A stretch of 64,000 nt of DNA, taken from NCBI RefSeq assembly GCF_056746865.1, contig NZ_CM163382.1; one strand, 5' to 3'. Shown here one piece after another: positions 22,447-30,469 of the stretch; positions within the stretch are counted from its first letter, which is position 1, and the number at the start of each line of letters is the position of its first letter. A program made the position numbers and the translations under genes. Under the pieces are notes generated by a model that saw nothing but the letters and a program-made list of their open reading frames with translations, did no database searches and had not been told where the DNA came from.

Positions 22447-22486
22447 TAACCGTGATCGATTAATATTAACCGATCGATCATGGTTA
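22447..22486. promoter_or_regulatory. 40-bp imperfect palindrome (14-bp arms TAACCGTGATCGAT / ATCGATCATGGTTA) upstream of the PTS gene; candidate operator or junction relic
   Basis: 13 of 14 arm positions complementary around a 12-nt AT-rich spacer; contains several GATC sites. Confidence 0.35.
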
Positions 22487-22691
22487 TATATTGCGCTATT
22501 TTTGCAAATCAAATCACAAATAATCAAATAAGATCTTTAAATGAACTGTTTTGATTACTAAAGTGCGTTTACCGAATACCTGCAGAGGCATCGCTTAGCG
22601 AAAAATAAAAAATATCTGAAGCATTATTAACGTCAGCAGAAGGTTCATGCATTGACAACGGAAATGTACGCTTATGGAGGGCGTTCCGACG

Positions 22692-24017
22692 ATGTTTGCC
22701 AAATTCATAGATGTTATTCAAACGTTTTTAACCGAACCCGCAATATTAATTGGTTTGCTGGTGGGCATTGGTTATGCCCTTGATAAGAAATCGCCAATAA
22801 AAATTATTACCGGTATGGTCAGCGCCATGGTGGGATTAATGATGGTGTTATTTGGTGGGTTTCAATTCTCCGCAACATTTAAACCGGTAGCAGAGGCTGT
22901 AAGTAAAGCCTATGGCGTTCATGGTTATTTAATGGATTCCTACGCCATGAAAGCCGCAACGCAAATTGCGTTGGGGGATAATTTTGGTTACGTAGGTTAT
23001 GTTTTTGTTCTGGCATTTTTTACCAACCTGTTACTGGTACTGTTTGGTCGCTATACCGGTGCCAAAGGGATATTCCTGACCGGTAATACTGGGGTGTCAC
23101 ATTCGCAGGCCGTATTATGGTTAATTGTTTTTTGGTTAGGATTTAGTTGGACCACGTCGATTATTATCGCCGGGGTATTAACGGGTATATTCTGGGCTTT
23201 TTCCACCACGCTCATTGTTAAACCTATCGCCAAAGTGACTAAAGATGCTGGTTTTACTATTGCCCATAACCAGATGTTGGGATTGTGGTTTTTCTCCAAA
23301 TTCGCCCATAAATTTGGCGACCCGGAAAAGCACGATGCTGAAAACCTGAAACTTCCCGGCTGGCTGGCGATTTTTAACCACAACGTGACGGCTATCGCCA
23401 TTGTGATGACGCTGTTTGTGGGCGGTTTCCTGCTCTCCACGGGCATTGATAACGTCCAGATGATGGCGAAAGGTAAACCCTGGTACATCTATATCATCAA
23501 TCTGGGCTTACAGTTCTCCATGTACATGGTCATTCTGTTGCAGGGCGTGCGCATGATGGTCGGTGAAATTAACGGTTCTTTTAAAGGCTGGCAGGATCGC
23601 TTTATTCCTAACGCCATTCCCGCCGTCGATGTCGCCGCACTGTTGCCTTTTTCACCCAATGCCGCAACGTTAGGTTTTGTCTTCTGTACTTTTGGCACCA
23701 TTTTCTCGATGGGTATCTTATTGCTGATCCACAGCCCCATTATGGTATTGCCAGGCTTTGTACCTTTATTTTTCTCAGGCGGCCCGATTGGTGTATTAGC
23801 AAACCGAATGGGCGGATACCGCTCCGTAATTATCTGTACCTTCTTGCTGGGTATTATTCAGACCTTCGGTACGGTGTGGGCTATTCCTTTAACCGGGCTT
23901 GCTGAAAATGGCGTCGGCTGGACAGGAATATTTGACTGGGCAACCGTATGGCCTGCTATTTGTGAAGTTCTGAAATTTATCGCTGCAACATTCCATCTTG
24001 GTCCTTACGCGGGATAA
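22692..24017 (+). CDS. PTS EIIC component, L-ascorbate (UlaA/SgaT) family, about 441 aa
   Basis: ORF 22674-24017; multi-TM protein resembling UlaA from its N-terminus onward; GGAGGG ribosome-binding site before the ATG at 22692; not in K-12 at this position as I recall. Confidence 0.7.
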   Translation: MFAKFIDVIQTFLTEPAILIGLLVGIGYALDKKSPIKIITGMVSAMVGLMMVLFGGFQFSATFKPVAEAVSKAYGVHGYLMDSYAMKAATQIALGDNFGYVGYVFVLAFFTNLLLVLFGRYTGAKGIFLTGNTGVSHSQAVLWLIVFWLGFSWTTSIIIAGVLTGIFWAFSTTLIVKPIAKVTKDAGFTIAHNQMLGLWFFSKFAHKFGDPEKHDAENLKLPGWLAIFNHNVTAIAIVMTLFVGGFLLSTGIDNVQMMAKGKPWYIYIINLGLQFSMYMVILLQGVRMMVGEINGSFKGWQDRFIPNAIPAVDVAALLPFSPNAATLGFVFCTFGTIFSMGILLLIHSPIMVLPGFVPLFFSGGPIGVLANRMGGYRSVIICTFLLGIIQTFGTVWAIPLTGLAENGVGWTGIFDWATVWPAICEVLKFIAATFHLGPYAG

Positions 24018-24038
24018 TTCACTATTAAGGGTTTAAAA

Positions 24039-24359
24039 ATGAAAGATACAATTAATATTTTGTTTGTCTGTGGTTATGGTGTCGGTAGTAGCGTGATGTT
24101 ACAAACGGTTGTTAAAAAAGCGCTGACGAAATATGAGTTCAAAGTTGAAATGGAACATACCGCCGCAGGCGAGGTGGGAGGCTTTACCGATTGGGCGGAT
24201 ATTTTTGCTATTTCCAAAAAATTACTCGACGTGGTCAGCCTGGACCCAAAACACGGGCAATATCTGATTCCGATTGAAAATATTATGGATGGTGAAACGA
24301 TTGGCGCGCAGATTTATGAAGTCGTCCAGCAGCATTTCCCTCATCTGCTAAATAAATAA
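24039..24359 (+). CDS. PTS EIIB component, ascorbate (UlaB-like) family (106 aa)
   Basis: ILFVCGYGVGSS phospho-cysteine loop near the N-terminus; tightly linked downstream of the EIIC gene. Confidence 0.7.
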   Translation: MKDTINILFVCGYGVGSSVMLQTVVKKALTKYEFKVEMEHTAAGEVGGFTDWADIFAISKKLLDVVSLDPKHGQYLIPIENIMDGETIGAQIYEVVQQHFPHLLNK

Positions 24360-24371
24360 AAGGGATGAGCA

Positions 24372-25853
24372 ATGAAAGCCATTATTCTCCTGTTCGATAG
24401 CCTGAACAAAAGATATTTACCCCCGTATGGCGATTTATTGACAAAAGCAGAGAACTTCCAACGCCTGGCGGCACATGCCGCCACCTTTGAAAACAGCTAC
24501 GTCGGGAGTATGCCCTGCATGCCCGCCCGGCGAGAGCTGCATACCGGGCGATGCAACTTCCTGCACCGGGAGTGGGGGCCGTTAGAACCGTTTGACGACT
24601 CCATGCCGGAGCTGCTTAAAAAGGCGGGGATCTATACCCACCTGATAAGCGATCATTTGCATTACTGGGAAGATGGCGGCGGGAATTATCATAATCGCTA
24701 CAGTTCATGGGAGATTGTGCGCGGCCAGGAAGGCGATCACTGGCAGGCGAGCGTTGCGCAACCGCCTATTCCCGAGGTGCTAAGGGTGCCACAAAAGCAG
24801 ACCGGCGGCGGTGTTTCTGGCCTGTGGCGTCATGACTGGGCCAACCGGGAATATATTCAGCAGGAAGCGGATTTTCCACAAACCAAAGTCTTTGATGCGG
24901 GTTGTGCTTTTATCCACAAAAATCACGCGGAAGATAACTGGTTATTGCAGGTCGAAACGTTTGATCCGCACGAGCCGTTTCACACAACGCAAGAGTACCT
25001 TTCGTTGTATGAGGATGACTGGAGCGGGCCGCATTATGACTGGCCGCGTGGTCGGGTGCTGGAAAGCGACGAGGCCGTGGAGCATATCCGCTGCCGCTAT
25101 CGCTCGCTGGTGTCGATGTGCGATCGCAACCTGGGGCGCATTCTGGACCTGATGGATGAGCACGATCTGTGGCGAGACACCATGCTGATTGTCGGCACCG
25201 ATCACGGTTTTTTACTCGGTGAGCATGGCTGGTGGGCGAAAAACCAGATGCCTTATTACAACGAGGTAGCGAATAACCCGCTGTTTATCTGGGATCCGCG
25301 CAGCGGCGTAAAAGGCGAACGTCGTCAGGCGTTGGTGCAGATGATCGACTGGGCACCTACGCTGTATGACTTTTTTCAGCAGCCGGTGCCGCCCGATGTG
25401 CAGGGGCAACCACTTGCGAAAACGGTCAGCCACGATGAACCGGTACGCAGCGCGGCGATGTTTGGTGTCTTTAGTGGTCATGTCAACGTAACCGATGGGC
25501 GTTATGTGTATATGCGTGCCGCGCTGCCGGGTCGTGAGGATGATATTGTTAACTACACATTAATGCCGATTAAAATGAACAGCCGCTATCCGGTGGATGA
25601 GATGCGGACTTTATCGCTGGCCCCTCCGTTTCGTTTTACCAAAGGGTTACAGGTGTTACGCATCCCGGCGCAGGAGAAATATAAGGGGCTGAATCAGTTT
25701 GGGCATTTGCTGTTCGATCTGCAAAACGATCCGCAGCAGTTGCATCCTATTGATGATGATGCGATCGAGGCCCGGATGATCGCGTTGCTGATCCAGTTAA
25801 TGAAAGATAATGATGCGCCGCCAGAGCAGTTTCAGCGCCTGGGGTTAGCGTAG
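24372..25853 (+). CDS. Sulfatase-family (alkaline-phosphatase superfamily) enzyme, Cys-type with formylglycine motif, no signal peptide (493 aa)
   Basis: Motif C-M-P-A-R-R-E-L-H-T-G-R at residues 48-59 fits the C-x-P-x-R sulfatase signature; N-terminus MKAIILLFDSLNKRY lacks a signal sequence; third gene of the PTS operon. Confidence 0.65.
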   Translation: MKAIILLFDSLNKRYLPPYGDLLTKAENFQRLAAHAATFENSYVGSMPCMPARRELHTGRCNFLHREWGPLEPFDDSMPELLKKAGIYTHLISDHLHYWEDGGGNYHNRYSSWEIVRGQEGDHWQASVAQPPIPEVLRVPQKQTGGGVSGLWRHDWANREYIQQEADFPQTKVFDAGCAFIHKNHAEDNWLLQVETFDPHEPFHTTQEYLSLYEDDWSGPHYDWPRGRVLESDEAVEHIRCRYRSLVSMCDRNLGRILDLMDEHDLWRDTMLIVGTDHGFLLGEHGWWAKNQMPYYNEVANNPLFIWDPRSGVKGERRQALVQMIDWAPTLYDFFQQPVPPDVQGQPLAKTVSHDEPVRSAAMFGVFSGHVNVTDGRYVYMRAALPGREDDIVNYTLMPIKMNSRYPVDEMRTLSLAPPFRFTKGLQVLRIPAQEKYKGLNQFGHLLFDLQNDPQQLHPIDDDAIEARMIALLIQLMKDNDAPPEQFQRLGLA

Positions 25854-25861
25854 AGAGGTGA

Positions 25862-25900
25862 TGTTGCCGGAGTGGGCGAACACCCACTCCGGCAAATGAA
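25862..25900. terminator. Bidirectional hairpin between the sulfatase gene and convergent artJ
   Basis: GCCGGAGTGGG CGAACA CCCACTCCGGC inverted repeat. Confidence 0.5.
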
Positions 25901-25903
25901 TAC

Positions 25904-26635
25904 TTACTGCGGGAACCACTGGTCATTGATTTTCTGATATGTACCGTCAGCTTTAATTGCTGCCAGCGCATTATTCAGTTTTTCCAGCAGAGCTTTGTTA
26001 TCCGGACGTACAGCGATACCCAGGCCGGTGCCGAAGTACTGCGGATCGGTCACTTTCTCAGTCGCAACGCCCAGTTGTGGATTGGTTTTCAGCCATTCGT
26101 TTACCACCGCTGTGTCACCAAATACCCCATCAATACGACCATTTTTCAGGTCGATAAAGGCATTCTGATAACTGTCATAGGAGACAGTTTTCACTTCCGG
26201 GTGCTGATCCTGAATATATTTCTGGTGCGTGGTGCCGTTTTCCATCCCAATACGTTTGCCTTTCAGATCGGCAAACGTTTTGTAGGTATCTTTTTTGGCA
26301 ATCACGACGGCTGAGTTTTCATAGTAGGGCGTGGTAAACGATACCTGTTTGCTACGCTCCGGCGTGATATCCATACCGGAGATTACGGCGTCATATTTTC
26401 TGAATTTCAGTGACGGGATCAGGCTGTCGAACGCGTGATTAGTAAAAGTACATTCTGCCTGCATTTGTTTGCACAAGGCTTTTGCCAGGTCGATATCAAA
26501 GCCGACAATCTCATTATTAGCACCTATAGATTCAAAGGGGGGATAGGTGGCTGAAACGCCAAAATTGATTTTCTCTGCGGCAGAAGCACCGAAAGTAAAG
26601 GAAGCAAGTAAAGCGGCAAGAACTAACTTTTTCAT
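25904..26635 (-). CDS. artJ: Arginine ABC transporter periplasmic binding protein ArtJ (243 aa)
   Basis: ORF 25904-26686; start at MKKLVLAALLASFTFGASA (signal peptide). Confidence 0.9.
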   Translation of the reverse strand: MKKLVLAALLASFTFGASAAEKINFGVSATYPPFESIGANNEIVGFDIDLAKALCKQMQAECTFTNHAFDSLIPSLKFRKYDAVISGMDITPERSKQVSFTTPYYENSAVVIAKKDTYKTFADLKGKRIGMENGTTHQKYIQDQHPEVKTVSYDSYQNAFIDLKNGRIDGVFGDTAVVNEWLKTNPQLGVATEKVTDPQYFGTGLGIAVRPDNKALLEKLNNALAAIKADGTYQKINDQWFPQ

Positions 26636-26749
26636 GATGGAACTCCCGTCTGTCAATCTTATGATTTTTGGCCGTGTCTGCGGCATGGGATAACAATGCC
26701 ATTAAGTGAATTTATATGCAATAAATATGATTAAATAATTTAAATGAAA

Positions 26750-26790
26750 TAAAAAAAGACGGACAACTTAGTGAGTTGTCCGTCTTCATT
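26750..26790 (-). terminator. Rho-independent terminator downstream of artM
   Basis: Minus-strand hairpin GACGGACAACT...AGTTGTCCGTC followed by TTTTTTTATTT. Confidence 0.65.
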
Positions 26791-26811
26791 ATAAGAATTT
26801 ATGCACTATGC

Positions 26812-26852
26812 AGGTCGGATAAGACGTCCACGACGCATCCGGCATCAGCACG
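26812..26852. repeat. REP-like palindromic element in the artJ–artM spacer
   Basis: GGATAAGACG...CGCATCCGGCAT resembles the REP consensus core (GCCGGATGCG / CTTATCC). Confidence 0.45.
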
Positions 26853-26860
26853 CAGCTACA

Positions 26861-27529
26861 TTAATTCCGCCGTTCGAATGCCAGTGCTTTGCGCTCGATC
26901 AGACGCATCATCAGCGTCAACAGACCGTTAACAATCAGATAAATAATCCCTGCCGCACCGAACACCATGACATCGTAGGTGCGTCCGTACAACAACTGGC
27001 TGTATCCCATCACTTCCATCAGCGTAATGGTGTAAGCCAGAGAGGTACTTTTGAACACCAGCACCACTTCGTTGGAATAAGAAGAGAGCGAGCGTTTAAA
27101 GGCATACGGCAGCAGGATCGCTAGCGTATCTTTTTTGCTCATTCCCAGGGCGCTACAGGACTGCCACTGACCTTCCGGGATCGCACGAATGGCACCGTAA
27201 AACAGCTGCGTGGTATACGCTGCACTGTTCAGCGACAACGCAATCAGCGCACACAGCCACGTTTCTGACAGCAAATGCCACAGTGCCGGATACTCCTGCA
27301 ACGTCGGGAACTGGCCCGGCCCGTAATAAATCAGGAAGATCTGCACCAGCAGCGGCGTACCGGTAAACAGCGTGATATAACCCCGCACCAGCCACACCAG
27401 TACCGGCGTTTTCAGCGTCAGGATGATGGTAAAAATCAACGCCAGAATCAGTGCCACAATCAGCGAGGCAACGGTTAGCGTCAGGCTGGTGTGCAGCCCT
27501 TTCATCAGTTCGGGTAAATACTCAAACAT
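26861..27529 (-). CDS. artM: Arginine ABC transporter permease ArtM (222 aa)
   Basis: ORF translation; gene order. Confidence 0.9.
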   Translation of the reverse strand: MFEYLPELMKGLHTSLTLTVASLIVALILALIFTIILTLKTPVLVWLVRGYITLFTGTPLLVQIFLIYYGPGQFPTLQEYPALWHLLSETWLCALIALSLNSAAYTTQLFYGAIRAIPEGQWQSCSALGMSKKDTLAILLPYAFKRSLSSYSNEVVLVFKSTSLAYTITLMEVMGYSQLLYGRTYDVMVFGAAGIIYLIVNGLLTLMMRLIERKALAFERRN

Positions 27530-28245
27530 TAGCCAGGCCTCCGCTCAAAACGTGTCGCGCGCAGGTCAATGCGTTTGAGAATGTACTGACTGAGCAGGGT
27601 GATCACCAGGTAAATCGCCGCCGCCACAATGTACCAGGTAAACGGTTCCTGGGTACGAGTAGCAATGCTTTTGGTTTGTAGCATTAAATCATTCACACTA
27701 ATCAAACTGACCAGCGCGGTATCTTTCAGCAGCACCAGCCACTGGTTACCGAGGCCAGGCAGCGCATGACGCCACATCTGCGGCATCACCAGACGGAAAA
27801 AGATAGCCGATTTCGACAGCCCCAGCGCCTGGCCGGATTCCCACTGACCCATCGGCACCGCTTTCAACGCGCCGCGCAGCGTTTGCGAGGCATAGGCGGC
27901 ATACAGCAGCGACAGAGCGATGACACCACAAAGGAACGGGCTAACGTCGAAGTTCTCAATGTCCATCTGCACCGGGATCTGCACGAACCCAAGATTGATA
28001 GTGAAGCCATCCGAAAGCGTCAGCAGCAGCTGCGAGGAGCCAAAATAGATAAACAGCACCACCAGAATTTCTGGCAGGCCACGCAGAATGGTTACCAGCG
28101 CTGAACCTGCCCACGCGACAGGACGCCATTTTGCCGACTCCCATACCGCAAAGAACATCGCCAGCGCCAGCCCGACAATCAATGCACAAACGGCAAGGCC
28201 GACGGTCATCCCGGCGGCGCTTGCTAAAGGAAAAAATTCATTCAT
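27529..28245 (-). CDS. artQ: Arginine ABC transporter permease ArtQ (238 aa)
   Basis: ORF translation; gene order. Confidence 0.9.
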   Translation of the reverse strand: MNEFFPLASAAGMTVGLAVCALIVGLALAMFFAVWESAKWRPVAWAGSALVTILRGLPEILVVLFIYFGSSQLLLTLSDGFTINLGFVQIPVQMDIENFDVSPFLCGVIALSLLYAAYASQTLRGALKAVPMGQWESGQALGLSKSAIFFRLVMPQMWRHALPGLGNQWLVLLKDTALVSLISVNDLMLQTKSIATRTQEPFTWYIVAAAIYLVITLLSQYILKRIDLRATRFERRPG

Positions 28246-28251
28246 CAGGAA

Positions 28252-28983
28252 TTACTTCTGGAACCATTTGTTGTAGATGGTTTCGTAAGTGCCATCTTTC
28301 TTCACTTTTTCCAGCGCAGTGTTGAGTTTCTGCTGCAGTTCAGTGTTGCCCTGACGTACCGCGATGCCGAGGCCAGTACCGAAATAATCTTTATCGGTCA
28401 CTTTATCGCCCACTGCCGCCAGTTTCGGGTTGTCTTTCAGCCACTCGGTGACCACTGCAGTGTCACCGAATACGCTGTCGATACGACCGTTTTGCAGATC
28501 CAGTTTTGCGTTCTGGTAGCTGTCATACGGAACGGTGGTGATTTCCGGGTGCTTATCCATAATGAACTTCTGGTGTGTCGTCCCGTTCTGAACGCCGACT
28601 TTTTTGCCTTTCAGCTGATCAACACTGGTGTATTTGCCTTGCTGACCCACAAACAGGGCAGAGTTGTCATAGTACGGCGTGGTAAACAGCACCTGCTTTT
28701 CACGCTCCGGAGTGATATCCATGCCCGCCATCACTGCTTCTACGCGACGGAATTTCAGGCTTGGGATCAGGCTGTCAAACGCCTGGTTAGAGAAAGTACA
28801 GGTTGCATCAATCTCTTTACACAGCGCCTGTGCCAGGTCGACGTCAAAACCAACGATCTGGTTGTTTGCATCAATCGATTCAAACGGAGGATAGGAGGCT
28901 TCGGTAGCAAAACGAATGGTTTCGGCAGCTGTGGCGGAAAGACTAAAACCTGCAATTAACGCGGCAATCAGAACTTTTTTCAT
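28252..28983 (-). CDS. artI: Arginine ABC transporter periplasmic binding protein ArtI (243 aa)
   Basis: ORF translation MKKVLIAALIAGFSLSATA; paralog of ArtJ. Confidence 0.9.
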   Translation of the reverse strand: MKKVLIAALIAGFSLSATAAETIRFATEASYPPFESIDANNQIVGFDVDLAQALCKEIDATCTFSNQAFDSLIPSLKFRRVEAVMAGMDITPEREKQVLFTTPYYDNSALFVGQQGKYTSVDQLKGKKVGVQNGTTHQKFIMDKHPEITTVPYDSYQNAKLDLQNGRIDSVFGDTAVVTEWLKDNPKLAAVGDKVTDKDYFGTGLGIAVRQGNTELQQKLNTALEKVKKDGTYETIYNKWFQK

Positions 28984-29000
28984 TGTTGTTATCCCGAATA

Positions 29001-29729
29001 TTAGTGAGAGAGATAGTTTTTAAATGCTTCGGTTTGCGGCTCGGTAAAGCAGCTCGCGTCGCCTTGTTCTACGATATGACCGTTTTCCATATACACCACT
29101 CGGCTGGCGGTTTTACGCGCCACTTCAACTTCGTGGGTGACGATCACCTGGGTAATATTCGTTTCTGCCAACTCACGAATGATGCTGACGATTTGTGCCG
29201 TAATTTCCGGGTCCAGTGCGGCGGTCGGTTCATCGAACAGCAGTACCTGCGGTTCCATCATCAACGCACGGGCAATAGCAACACGCTGCTGCTGACCACC
29301 AGAAAGATGCAGCGGGTAACGATCGCTATAAGGTTTGAGACGCAGACGTTCCAGCAGTTTTTCTGCACGGGCCAGCGCCTGATCTTTGCTCAACCCCAGT
29401 ACACGGCAGGGCGCTTCAATCAGGTTTTGCTGCACGGTCAGATGCGGCCACAGGTTGTATTGCTGAAACACCATGCCAACGTTACGACGCAAATCGCGAA
29501 TCGCTTTGTCAGAGGGTGTTTTGGTGAAATCGAAATGGTTGCCTGCAATGTTGAGCGTACCGGAGCGCGGCATCTCAAGCAGATTGAGTACACGCAGCAG
29601 CGAGCTTTTACCCGCGCCGCTGGGGCCAAGTAACACCAGCGTTTCGCCCTGTGGGCAATCCAGCGTGATATCGAACAGCGCCTGATGCGCGCCGTAGAAG
29701 CAATTAATGCCGTTTAATTGAATACTCAT
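29001..29729 (-). CDS. artP: Arginine ABC transporter ATPase ArtP (242 aa)
   Basis: ORF 29001-29828 with start at [19 protein letters not shown]; Walker [10 protein letters not shown]. Confidence 0.9.
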
Positions 29730-29946
29730 TGACACTCGTATACTGGCAGTCTGATAGCTATTGAGGTCGAAGATAGTACCTTTGACAGAATAATTATGCA
29801 ATATTTCTGCTTTAAAAGTTAAAAGCAAAGCGCATTATTCAATAAACATAGCACAAAATAACGGGGGCGGTGGTCGGCGAGCATAAATGTCGGCATTCCT
29901 CACGAAATGCCGGACAATTTACGGGGTTTATTGGTTGATCAAGGCT

Positions 29947-30462
29947 TTAGCGATTCTCGATGGACTGACGGAGCGTACCCGCTGTGGCGTGAACGCTACC
30001 GCCTAAGTAGCGCACATCGTCGATGACCCAACACTGGCCTTCCTGAATCATTAACACTTCATCCTGCCATCCTTGGTCACCCTGTTTGAGATCCACGCGC
30101 AATGGAATGTTACGGGCATCACGATTAGGGATAGTCGATGCACTGGCAACGTGGGCGCTGTCTGGCAAGGTGGTTCGACTGGAGAACGGATCGCTGCTTA
30201 ACAATTCACGATGACTATTATCGCGGCTGGCATCGCTAAGTAGGGTTGCCAGTTTGTCACTCAAATAGGGGCGCAGGGCGGTAATGTCATTGCTGCGATG
30301 TTGAATGCGGTAGTCATAGAATTGTTGAGCCACGCTGTCAGGGCCACCCTGGACACAGGAACCGGTGCGGGGGCCGTTATCTTTATAAGCTGGCGTGACG
30401 GTGGTACAGGCACTCAGCAGCAGTGCACATGGAATAAGTAGAGATAGTGAACGGTAGCGCAT
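29947..30462 (-). CDS. ybjP: Lipoprotein YbjP (171 aa)
   Basis: ORF with MRYRSLSLLIPCALLLSAC lipobox. Confidence 0.85.
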   Translation of the reverse strand: MRYRSLSLLIPCALLLSACTTVTPAYKDNGPRTGSCVQGGPDSVAQQFYDYRIQHRSNDITALRPYLSDKLATLLSDASRDNSHRELLSSDPFSSRTTLPDSAHVASASTIPNRDARNIPLRVDLKQGDQGWQDEVLMIQEGQCWVIDDVRYLGGSVHATAGTLRQSIENR

Positions 30463-30469
30463 AATCATT

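Noticed and set aside
22398-25903. Interpreting the PTS–sulfatase locus as a recently acquired mobile island
   Set aside because: GC content looks like the host and there is no integrase, transposase or flanking direct repeat; loss in K-12 is at least as likely as gain here, so it is reported as an accessory locus only.
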